64,000 nt of DNA from Octopus sinensis (taxonomy: Eukaryota): positions 68,138,001 to 68,202,000 of the forward strand of contig NC_043010.1 of the NCBI RefSeq assembly GCF_006345805.1, read 5' to 3'. The notes beneath the pieces were generated by a model. The model was given only the letters and a program-made list of their open reading frames with translations, was not told the origin of the DNA and made no database searches. The translations under genes and the position numbers were made by a program. Shown piece after piece: positions 51,018 to 62,863 of the stretch (positions are counted from its first letter, which is position 1; every line of letters starts with the position of its first letter).

Positions 51018-51362
51018 GTATGTATGTATAAAAAATATATATAAAAATACAAAATGGGACAAGAACGCAAAACACTCAAATAGACGACACAAAAAACGGA
51101 CGGGTCATTCGAAGCCTCTAATCTTCAGTCAAGAACCGGATCATCCTCGCAATTTCGGCTGATTAATCTTGATATATTTATATATAATCAAAATAAGCAA
51201 CAGGGATATCCAGAGATTGCTTATTCTGATTGTAATCACCCCATTTTGAATTATATGGATAATCCCATTCTAAATTCTGGTGCCTTTAACTTAAGTACCA
51301 TATTCAACTGAATCTAGATCTTACAGAACTTATATATATATATATAAATATAAATATGTGTT

Positions 51363-51393
<31 letters not shown>

Positions 51394-51394
51394 T

Positions 51395-51433
<39 letters not shown>

Positions 51434-51750
51434 AGAGAGTCTTTTACTTAAATATCAACACAGAAACACTGGCGTTTACACACATATTCAGACGTATATA
51501 TATATTGTTTTTGTCTTTCATTTATTGCACTCATTGGACTGCGGCCATGATGGAGCACTGTGCTGAAGGGTTTTAAGTGGAATAAATAGACACCCGCCCC
51601 AGTTCTTTTCTTTTATCTGGTACTTGTCCCGTTTTCCTCTTCTACGAGTACATGAAGGACATCAACATATTAACACCGAACGCCAAACTTTGGAGGCGAC
51701 CAACACAAATATCAGGACTTCAACACAGATGCCGACATACACACGCATCC

Positions 51751-51811
<61 letters not shown>

Positions 51812-52232
51812 CCTATCTATCTATCTATCTATACTTATGACGGGTTTCCACGCAGTTTCCGCCCGCCAAATTCACTGACAAGGTATTGGACAGCCCGAGG
51901 CAATAAGAGCAGGCAACTTGCTCAAGGTTCATCGTAGTAGGACTGAACTCAGAACCATGTGGTTGCGAAACAAACTCTGAACCACACAACCATTGGACTG
52001 CGGCCATGCTGGATCACCATTTTTAAGGCTTTTAGTCGAACCAATCGACCCCAGGACATATTTTGTTTTAAAGTCTTGTATTTATTCTATCGGTTTCTTT
52101 TCTCGAACCGTTATTTACATATTAATTGCATCATCTCTCATGTAGAGAAGAAATTCAATCTCTCTCTCTTTCTCTCACTCTTTCCCTCTCTCTCTCTTTT
52201 CCCTCTCTCACTCTTTCCCTCTCTCTCTTTCT

Positions 52233-52332
52233 NNNNNNNNNNNNNNNNNNNNNNNNNNNNNNNNNNNNNNNNNNNNNNNNNNNNNNNNNNNNNNNNNNNN
52301 NNNNNNNNNNNNNNNNNNNNNNNNNNNNNNNN
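52233..52332. other. Assembly gap (100 N)
   Basis: Run of exactly 100 N following a CT tract. Confidence 1.
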
Positions 52333-53631
52333 CAAATACATGATTTATGACTCCAGAGAAGTTCATTAAATTGAAGATGAATATTAATACACAGTGATAA
52401 AGTGACAATTAATATACATATTCTTTCTGCCCTGGTCTAACGAGGCAACTTAATCCTTTTGTTAATCTCTGGGATTGACTTTATTTTAGGCTATTTAGCA
52501 GTACATTAATTACAGTTCAATTTAGATCCCACTTAATTACTCCTTCCAAAATGGATTATGCGAATATATATGCATACGTTCAGAGAGTCTTGTACGAATG
52601 TGTATGTATGTTGTATATTATAAATATTTTATGTGAAACATATTTATAGATTGTGGCGATTTTGTTGTTCGTTGGTACCAGTTGAATCTGTGCTTCAATT
52701 AACCTGATAAAACCTTAATTATGCTCAGCTGACAACAGGGCTAATTACTTGACTTCGAAAGACAAAATTTTTTTTTTTTTTGTCGAATAGTAGGTTTTAC
52801 ATTTCCCTTGTTTCCGTCTGCGGCCATGCTGGGGTACAACGTGAAAGGGTTTAGTCAAACAAATCGATCTCACAACTTATTTTGAAGTCTGGCACCTATA
52901 CTATCGATCAATTTTGTCGAACCGCTAACTTACGAAAATGTAAATAAACCGATATCGGTTATCAAGAGTTGTAGAAGATAAAGACATATATACACAGGTA
53001 TATATAGATATATGTATAGAAATTAAATATAAAATATAAATTACAAAGTGGGACAAGAACGCAAAAACACACAAAGAGACGACACAAAAAAAAACAGACG
53101 GGTCACTCGAAGCCTCTAATCTTCAGTCGGAACCGGATCATCTTAGCAATTTCGGCTGTTTAATCTCGATATCACTCCGAACCGGCCAGCCCCAAGGAAA
53201 AACTAAGCCACAGGCATTAGATTTCTTGGAAAGAGGATCGAATGTATACGAAACAAAGACAGGATGCCATACATATATATACATTCAATGATAATTGATG
53301 CCTACTTAAAGCTGGGTGGAAGAAGACATTTAACCCCTGGTCAAAGATACTAGGCAGTATCTTATGATTAAAGGCGTTAAAGGCGTTCTGATCAATCACG
53401 GCTCTCTTGTATTTGATTAAATTTCATTATCAATTTATGTGTCAAGTTCAAGTAAAACTGCATTATCCAATGTGTTTCATCTTCTCTTTGTTTTTGTTTT
53501 TTTAAATACATTTGAAGGAGATTCGGTTATTATTTCTCTCAGAATGAGCGACAACATGATGATTCATTCCCTCGATGGTGTATGGAAAAATATTGAGTTA
53601 ACTATCCTGGCCATAGTACATCTGACCAAAT

Positions 53632-54017
53632 GGAGGCGCAATGGCCCAGTGGTTAGGGCAACGGACTCGCGGTCATAGGATCGCGGTTTCAATTCCCAGA
53701 CCGGACGTTGTGAGTGTTTATTGAGCGAAAGCACCTAAAGCTCCACGAGGCTCCGACAGGGGATGGTGGTGATCCCTGCTGTACTCTTTCACCACAACTT
53801 TCTCTCACTCTTACTTCCTGTTTCTGTTGTACCTGTATTTCAAGGGGCCGGCCTTGTCACTCTCTGTGTCACGCTGAATATCCCCGAGAACTACGTTAAG
53901 GGTACACGTGTCTGTGGAGTGCTCAGCCACTTACACGTTAATTTCACGAGCAGGCTGTTCCGTTGATTCGGATCAACCGGAACCGTCATCGTCGTAACCG
54001 ACGGAGTGCTTCTATAT
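53632..54017 (+). mobile_element. SINE family D, tail type D2, with target-site duplication
   Basis: TSD ATCTGACCAAAT at 53620-31 and 54018-29; first about 150 nt shared with D1 copies. Confidence 0.9.
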
Positions 54018-54529
54018 ATCTGACCAAATGCGAAATATCGACTCTTCGGCCAGCTAGTCAGTCATACATACAATAACAACTTATCATTCATTAAACACGG
54101 CCATTTTCCAGTTTTTCATTCTAGCAAATTAAACCAATAATAATTAAGAAGAGATGGCAGTTTGGAACGTGCTGCACTAAGAATCTAAAATTGTGCTAAA
54201 CGAATCAATAAATTTTCCTTCTGTGTGCCAATTTCTCAACGTTACTGTTTACATATGTTGTCAAATAATCGCTCCTCCCTCAAATAGCTTAGCTGTGAGA
54301 ATGGCGAACGACGACAAATTTGGTATAAGAAGTTGTCAGTCTCTCATTAGTCTTTCTGATACATTATCTCCATTATACACCTTTCCTATGATGTTTATGT
54401 CTATTGGACATCTAAACACAACAGTATTCCCCGTCTAATAAAACAATGTTTAGTCTGTTTTATCAGCGTGTATACCGCAGCCTCGATTCATTTTGTTCAT
54501 TTATTTATTATTATTATTATTTTTATATT

Positions 54530-55505
54530 TAGGCGGCAAGCTGGCAGAAATGTTAGCACGCCGGGCAAAATGTTAGCACGCCGACTTCAATATTCAACTG
54601 GTACATTATTTTAAAAGAATAAGAGACGAAGTTGACCTCGGTGGTATTAGAACTCAGAGGGCGGCGAGCTGGCAGAAACGTTAGCACGCCGGGCGAAATG
54701 CTTAGCGGTAATTCGTCTGCCGTTACGCTCTGAGTTCAAATTCCGCCGAGGTCGACTTTGCCTTTCATCCTTTTGGGGTCGATAAATTAAGTACCAGTTA
54801 CGCACTGGGGTCGATGTAATCGACTTAATACCTATGTCTGTCCTTGTTTGTCCCCTCTGTGTTTAGCCCCTTGTGGGTAATAAAGAAATAGGTATTTCGT
54901 CTGTTTTTACGTTCTGAGTTCAAATTCCGCCGAGGTCGACTTTGCCATTTATCGTTTGGGCTCGATAAATTAAGTACCAGTTCCGTACTGGGGTCGATCT
55001 AGTCGACTGGTCCCCTCCCGAAAAATGTCGGGCCTTCTGCTTAGAGTAGAAAAGAATATATATGACATTTAAGGCGGCGAGCTGGCAGAAACGTTAGTAC
55101 GCCGGGCAAAATGCTTAGTGGTAGTTCGTCTGTCTTTACGTTCTGAGTTCAAATTCCGCCGAGGTCGACTTTGCCTTTCATCCTTTCGGGATCGATTAAA
55201 TAAGTACCAGTAACGCACTGGCGTCGACGCAATCGACTTAATCCGTTTGTCTGTCCTTGTTTGTCCCCTCTGGATGTAGCCCCTTGTGGGCAGTAAAGAA
55301 ATAAGAAACATTAGCACGTCGGGTAAAATGCCTAATGGTATTTCATCTGTCTTTACGTTCTGAGTTCAAATGCTGCCGAGGTCGACTTTGCCTTTCATCG
55401 TTTCGGGTCGATAAATTAGGTACCAGTTACGCACTGGGGTCGATCTAGTCGACTGGCCCCCTCCCGCAAAATTTCGAACCTTATGCCTAGAGTACAAACG
55501 ATAAT
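54530..55505 (+). mobile_element. Cluster of SINE family B monomers and dimers (B1-B2)
   Basis: Heads near 54533, 54661 and 55073; junction AAAGAAATA|GGTATTTCG at 54890/1. Confidence 0.9.
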
Positions 55506-55884
55506 TTTTGTTTATTTATAAAATATGCACTCACTCTGCATCATACTGCCTACAAATTACAGAGCATTGTATTTTTGTTATGGCAAAGCCAACATTTACG
55601 ATGGCTCTTGCTGATATTTTCAATTGTTTGTTTTTCTTTCTTGTTTTTTTTTTCGTTTTACCCTTTTACTCTTTTACTTGCTTCAGTCATTTGACTGAGT
55701 CCATGCTGTAGTAGCACCAGTACTCGAACAAATCGACCCCAGGATTTATTCTTTGTAAGCCTAGTACTTATACTATCGGGCTCTTTTTTTCCGAACCGCT
55801 AGGTTACGGGGACGTAAACACACCACCATCAGTTGTCAAGCGATGGGAGGTTGGGGACAAAACACAACACAACCACACACACAC

Positions 55885-55918
<34 letters not shown>

Positions 55919-55920
<2 letters not shown>

Positions 55921-56311
55921 TAGCAGTATCGCCCGGCGTTGCTCGGTTTGTAAGGGAAATAACTATATAATTTTTTAGAGAGTTATAGCCAAAAATAGCA
56001 AAAATGCATTTAAAAAATGGAAAAAATGATGGTAAATTTTTTTTTTAAATCGTTGACTCATCGTAGACATTTTTAGAGAGAGTTACTTCCCTTATATAAT
56101 AGCGAAAAATGCATTAAAATGGAAAAAAATTATGGTAAATTTTTTTTAAATCGTAGACTCAGCGTAGACGCACGCTAATACCCAGAAAGGCTCGATATGA
56201 ATCACGACTATAAGATACCCGGTTTTGGTTAAACTGCACCGCAAAATGTGGGAGTAGTTAGGAATCTAAATCGTAGGAGACAGACACAACTTCACTTTTA
56301 TATATAAAGAT
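55919..56311 (+). mobile_element. Helentron/Helitron-associated non-autonomous (DINE-1/Lep1-like) element nested in a SINE-A microsatellite
   Basis: 5' ACTAGCAGTATCGCCCGGCGTTGCTCGG hairpin, internal ~100-bp tandem, 3' ...TTTTATATATAAAGAT; SINE-A continues on both sides (55660-56475, minus strand). Confidence 0.7.
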
Positions 56312-57103
56312 ATATTTATAAACATACGACGGGCTTCTTTCAGTTTCGTCTACCAGTTCCACTCACAAGGCTTTGATCGACCTGAGGTTATAGTAGAAGA
56401 CACTTGCTCAAAATGCCCCGCAGTGGGACTGAACCCGGAACGATGTGGCTGGTAAGCAATCTACTTACCACACAGTCACTCCTTTGTTTTTTTCCCTTTT
56501 CGTTCGTTTGCTTGCTTGTTTTTCAATACAGAGAATATAAAATACCAGAGAATAGACTACTCGCTGCTCAGACAAAGTCTTCAGACCAAATCTACTGCAG
56601 GTGTTTTGTTGCATACACGACAAGATTGCTTTATTTCTATTCAACTCAAAGAACATATCAGGTGAGGGAATATGCACTGAATCTACTGGGGTTTTGTTAT
56701 CCGTGATAGACAGCTATTTTACACATAGAAAGCGTATCTTTTATACTCACCTCACGAGCTGTTATATAATCCAGAGTTAAACAGTGTTTCTCGGTGTATA
56801 TTTTTTCAGACTAGCATTTTCCATTTACCGATAGTATATATTACTCATTCTCCACCAATTCTACGAAGCTGGTGTGTTTTGTGAAAATGACTGATTTTTT
56901 TTTTTTTTTCTTTCTTTGTTTTTGTTTTTTTTTTTGGTTCCGTATTTATTATTCTTTGTATTTTCGAGCAATTTAGCGAGAGGGTTATATGGGGTTTACT
57001 GACACCAGCTTTCAAGCTCTTGCTTGCTTCGCATTTATATGCAGTTCTCGTTTACATTGCAGTGTGTGTATGTGCGTGTGTGCGTTTCTATCTCTCTGCT
57101 GCC

Positions 57104-57190
<87 letters not shown>

Positions 57191-57193
<3 letters not shown>

Positions 57194-57614
57194 CACAGAA
57201 GTGGCTGTGTGGTAAGTAACTTGCTTACCAACCACATGGTTCCGGGTTCAGTCCCACTGCTGGCACCTTGGCAAGTGTCTTCTACTATAGCCTGGGCCGC
57301 CAAAGCCTTGGAGTGGATTTGGTAGACGGAAACTGAAAGAAGCCCGTCGTATATATGTATATATCTCTGTGTGTGTGCGTTTGTGTGTATGTGTGTGTAT
57401 ATGTTGTGCATATGTGTTTGTTCCCCACAGCATCGCTTGACAACCGATGCTGGTGTGTTTAGGTCCCCCGTAAATTAGCGGTTCAGCAAAAGAGACCGAT
57501 AGAATAAGTACTAGGCTAACAAAGACTAGGTCCTGGGGTCGATTAGATTCGACTAAAAGCGGTGCTCCAGCATGGCTGCAGTCAAATGACTGAAGCAAGT
57601 GAAAGAGTAAAAGT
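57191..57614 (+). mobile_element. SINE family A, full length
   Basis: Consensus-like copy. Confidence 0.9.
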
Positions 57615-57615
57615 G

Positions 57616-57676
<61 letters not shown>

Positions 57677-57714
57677 CTCTCTCTGTCTATATATATATAT
57701 AGACAGAGAGAGAG

Positions 57715-57746
<32 letters not shown>

Positions 57747-58599
57747 CTGTTGGAAGTTCAGTGAGATCAACATGTAAAGATAGATAGATAGGTGTGTGTG
57801 TTTTGTTTTGAGTATGTATACAAGCATACACACATATGTACCTATGCGGGCCTGGTTGCGTGCGCGCGTGTATATGCATATTATTTATATATGTGTTTGT
57901 GTGTAATTTAAAGATGCATTCATGTGGACAGTTTTTAACGCAAAAATAGCCTTAACCAAAAGGTTTGGATATTTACGTCTCTCCGCGTGCGTGTGCGTGT
58001 GTGTGTGTTGTGGTGGGACCTGCATATTTAATAAAGATCCTATCGGTCGACCTTCAAAGTATTATTTTTCTCTATTGTCAACACTCGCTTTCTAGCTTCT
58101 CATTTTTTATATGTTCTCGTTATGTCACAGGAGAGATTTCAAGTTAGTTTGTATGCTTGTAGAGAATGTATTGTATAAGCCAGCACTTTGCTCCCTGAGC
58201 AATAAGGACATTTTACGTGCATCTGTTTTATTTTACATAAATATATATTTTTTTTATGTGTTTATTCAAGTGTGTATATTTCGTGTGTATAATATGTGAG
58301 CGTATATTTATATTCACATACGTATATATACACGTCAATATATAACAATATGTGTGTACATGTATGTTAATCAGTTTATGACAAGAACAGTATCGAATTA
58401 TATTTATATATGAAATTAATATATATATACACACACACACACATATATATCGCTGTGCACACCTATCTATAAACACTAATGTGTACATACGCTTAATTAC
58501 ATCTGTAACAATGTTTAGTTTCTGTATCTATTACACATATATCTATTCTCTCTCTTTCCCCCCTCGCTTTATACATTATATATATATATATATATATAT

Positions 58600-58937
58600 A
58601 TTATTGGTGACTTGAAGAAATGGAGCTGAACGCAGATTGAACAGAAATCGTTTTATTTCATTCTACACGTGTTTCGAAAGGCACAAATTACCAAAATCCG
58701 ATTGAATAATGGGACCATATTGTGTCTTTCCTCTTCAGGAAGAAAAAAAGGAAATCCGTTGGAAAAACAAAACAGAACAGAGCAGAGCAAAAAACAAATC
58801 GAAAACTGTGCTCCTAAGAGCCCATGGCGAAACTGTTTCGGATTTTGGTAATTTGTGCCTTTCGAAACACGTGTAGAATGAAATAAAACGATTTCTGTTC
58901 AATCTGCGTTCACTCCATTCTTCAATTCACCAATAAT
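58600..58937. repeat. Fold-back element: about 100-bp inverted arms (58600-58701 / 58838-58937), 75-bp perfect core, 136-bp spacer
   Basis: 58627-58701 is the exact reverse complement of 58838-58912. Confidence 0.95.
58656..58745 (-). ncRNA. Type-I hammerhead ribozyme motif, intact catalytic core
   Basis: TTTCTTC-CTGAAGA-G-GAAAGACACAA...TTGTGCCTTTC-GAAA-C-ACGT-GTA|GAATGAAA; helix II 10/11 bp, palindromic helix III, helix I 7 bp with one bulge. Confidence 0.72.
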
Positions 58938-59821
58938 GTTTTAATTTCAATTATCCGCACCACCGCACGGTTGCAACGCCAGATGGTTGTACCTCCAACC
59001 GTGCTGTTCACTGCTGTGATTTTTTGCTATACTAAGGTATCGGTTAAACTTTTGATTAATCCACTACAAGATTATTCATCTTTCTATTTCACATTATATA
59101 TGATATATATATATATATATGAACATATGAATATGTTTGAGTTTAATCCATTATTTTAAAGATCCTTTATAATTCATTAGTGCTCTGTATTTAGTTTGGA
59201 ACATACGTTAGTCGTCACCAATCGCAAAGCCTCCATATTTTAGAGAAGAGGCAAATACTATGGCGTTCAGTCCTTTCCCAACCATATTCGTGATCTAAGC
59301 GAAGTGAAATGACTTCATCAACTGGAGATGAAAAGCGTATCGCATTCTCGACATACTAACAGCTTTCTTAATATATTAAATATCACAATGTATGAATGCA
59401 TCCATATGTACATTTATCTACTAATACAATTGGCAGTGTGTCTCCTCTTTCTCTATATTTGTCCGCACCCACTGGTATACTCATCAAAGTTAATTAGCTG
59501 CTGTGATATTTTCACTATGTCTATAGATTTGTCAATATATAAACAAACTAGATACTGAGTAGAAACGTACATTGTAAGCTTAACAGTTGATGTATAATTT
59601 GCATAGAGTTGTATATAATTGTATATATATTCTATTAAGTGGATTAAGGGGAACGTTTATACTTTCAAGTAAGCCCTTTAAACACGTTTTGCCTCGGGTA
59701 CTTAAAAATGTATATTTATTATCATCCATGGGTACTCATAGTACATTAATAACGAGGTGGATAAGTGCCGAAGAGCACGAATAAATATATGCGAATGAGC
59801 TGAGAAGAGGGTGCTGTAAGG

Positions 59822-59863
<42 letters not shown>

Positions 59864-60455
59864 GTGATGATGATGATGATGAGGAGGAGGAGGCCTGAAA
59901 TTTGGGGATGGGTGAAAGTCGATTACATTGACACCCCTCCCACCAATATTCCACTGGTTCTTAATTTATCGACCCCGAAAGGACGAAAGGCAATCCATTT
60001 TAATCCAATTTATCATATAATTGAATCCAACATGAAATGGCGTCCTCTGTGTTAATATTCTTTACTGCACAAGGCCCGACATTTTTGGGGAGGGGGTGAG
60101 TCGACTAGATCGACTTAGTACGCAACTGGTACTTAATTTATCGACCATGAAAGGTAAAGTTGACCTCGGCGAAATTTGAACTCAGAACGTAAAGACGGAC
60201 GAAATGTCGCTGAGCATTTTACCCGGCGTGCTAATGATTCTGCCAGCTCGCTTCCTTAATAATAATAATTATTATGATAATAATAATAGTAATCCTTTCT
60301 GAAATTTTGGGGGAGTTAGTAAGTCGATTAGTAGTGTGTTGAAGTGTTGAGTAGAACACTGGCACGGTTTGGGCTACCTGGTGTCATCCGTAGGTGGAAC
60401 ACATTTCCGTTGGATCTACCTCAGGAACTTCGCAGTATTAGCTGTGATAATGTTG

Positions 60456-60621
60456 ATTGATTAAGTAACCAGAAGATGGATTTGGTATTGATCTTCATTT
60501 TGTATAACAATCGTTTCGACCCATCCTTCTGCTGTCCGTTACGGTTGGGACATGGGTCGAAACGATCAGTGTTACAAACTAAAGATTAATACGAAATCCA
60601 GCTTTTGGTTACTTAATCAAT
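60456..60621. repeat. Fold-back element: about 70-bp imperfect inverted arms (60456-60524 / 60552-60621)
   Basis: ATTGATTAAGTAACC...TTTCGACCCAT and its reverse complement; 27-bp spacer. Confidence 0.85.
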
Positions 60622-61831
60622 TATCATTATATGTATGTATGTATGTATGTATGTATCTTTGTATGTATGTATGTATGTGTGTGTATGGTTTTGCCGGTGC
60701 CGAAGCAATTGGAGGAAATATACTTTTTGTGTCGTATTAAACAAAAGAAACTGATATTGTTGCTTGAGAAGAGCCAAGTTTCTGAGAAACGGAATTTACA
60801 TCTCAAGTTTCGATTCCAGCTTCGAGTCGTGTGACTTCAAACCCGTAGTCATAGCATTTGGTAAAGCGTGTAAATTACACGTTCTTATAAATATCCTTTC
60901 GTTCAAATTCATGATATTATAACTCAGATAGAGATCGGTTTTTATTGTTATGTATTATTCTATCAGCTGAAATAGAAATTATTTAAAATAATATACTCAA
61001 TAATGCGCATATCTGAGGTTTTTTTTTTATTAATCTAGCACGGCAACCTGCTTTTTGCGATCAAGAGATTCCATTCCTTGTCAGCAGCTGTGAACATTTG
61101 TGTTATTTCTCTTAAAGCATCTTCTCATGTAACTCGCAGAGAACTACAGAAACGAAATACTGAAAAAAAAAATACAAAAAAGAAAAAAATATAGATATAA
61201 AAATAAATATACAATATGGAAAAAAAAAAACAAAACAAAAAAACAGCAGAGGAAATGATGAGAAGAATCTGAACGAGAGAAACAGGAGGTAGAAGGGCGG
61301 TCGGGGTGCAACGAACAGGGGGTAGGGGTGCAACGAACGGGGGGGTAGGGATTGAGACTGAACGAAAGAAATGCAGACGAACAAAACAAGACAAAAATAC
61401 AACAATAATGGCAATAATAATAATATAATAATAATAATAATAATAATAAATGACAAATAAATAAATAAAAAATTGCCCATTTCTAAAGATAGAGACGAGT
61501 TTTACAGACGGGTGGTATTCTAGTCGTGCTGCAACGAAATGTGCGCTGCATAACCTTTGCAGAGTGCAGTACAACCCAGTTCCTTATGATGCTGTAGGCT
61601 TCGAAGAGAAGAGAAGAGAAGAGAAGCCAAAAAAAAAAAAAAAAAAAGAAATCGTTTTAGTCTAGCAACCACCAGACTAATGTTTAAGTGTCTCAAAAAT
61701 CTTGGTGTATCTTCTGTTTCAACCGCGCAAAATGTGACGGATCTTTTCTGCATCGACTCACGGGCATGTGCACATGTATGCACGTTTGTTTGTATGTATG
61801 TTTGAATGCATGTATATATGTATGTATGTAT

Positions 61832-62205
61832 TCTCTCTTTCTCTCTTTTACTTGTTTCAGTCATTTGACTGCAGCCATGCTGGAGCACCGCCTTTAGTCG
61901 AGCAAATCGACCCCAGGACTTATTCTTTGTAAGCCCAGTACTTATTCTATCGGTCTCTTTTTGCCGAACCGCTAAGTGACGGGGACGTAAACACACCACC
62001 ATCGGTTGTAAAGCAATGCTAGGGGGACAAACACACACACACATATATACGACAGGCTTCTTTCAGTTTCCATCTACCAAATCCACTCACAAGGCTTTGG
62101 TCGGCCCGGGGCTATAGTAGAAGACACTTGCCCAAGATGCCACGCAGTGGGACTGAACCCGGAACCATGTGGTTGGTTAGCAAGCTACTTACCACACAGC
62201 CACTG
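61832..62205 (-). mobile_element. SINE family A, full length
   Basis: Consensus-like copy. Confidence 0.9.
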
Positions 62206-62581
62206 TGTGTTTTTTTTGTTTTGCAGAAATACGGGGGAGGAGGGTTGCGGGGGGGTTGGGGATTGGGGGTCAGAATCTCTAGGTACGATGGTGTGGGGGT
62301 GGAGAGGAAGAGAGAGAATTTGTGTTTGTATAAAGTTCAAAGATATTTTAAATATATTTGTTACACTCCGTAGAAATTCGGGTCTATGAACCCCTTGCAC
62401 GACTACATACAGAGATATGCGTTTAAAGTTGACACGTGTGTGTATCCGTGCATGCATACATGCACACTCATACGCATACATATATACATAATATATATAT
62501 ATATATATTGATGAAAATGGTAAGACAACAAAAGAATGAGAGAGACCTCGATATTATGTAAATAGAGGAATTTATCCGTAA

Positions 62582-62820
62582 ATATAATATGTGACAATTG
62601 TTCGGTAGACATGATAAAACTCCGAGTTTCGGATGCCGAGGTGGAAATCCACGCCGCCATCTCTTCAGTTATCCGGAAATCGGAAAATTGCTATGAAAAA
62701 CAAAAAAAAAAACAAAACATTCGATGGCCGGATAACTGAAGTATGGCGGTGTGGATTTCCCCTCGGCATCCGAAACTCGGAGTTTTATCATGGCTACTGA
62801 ACAATTGTCACATATTATAT
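62582..62820. repeat. Fold-back element: about 95-bp inverted arms (62582-62676 / 62728-62820), 51-bp spacer
   Basis: Arms differ at only a handful of positions. Confidence 0.93.
62613..62673 (-). ncRNA. Type-I hammerhead ribozyme motif, intact core (GUU cleavage triplet)
   Basis: GATAA-CTGAAGA-GATGGCGGCGTGGATTTCCACCTCGGCATCC-GAAA-C-TCGGA-GTT|TTATC; 5-bp helix I, long helix II. Confidence 0.65.
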
Positions 62821-62822
62821 AT

Positions 62823-62863
<41 letters not shown>

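Noticed and set aside
51020-53215. Two copies (about 51020-51175, 53030-53215) of a repeat with CTGAAGA and GAAA on the minus strand
   Set aside because: The helices needed for a hammerhead could not be formed; treated as an unclassified, possibly PLE-derived repeat
62232-62270. G-run cluster able to form a G-quadruplex
   Set aside because: Low-complexity intergenic tract with no functional context
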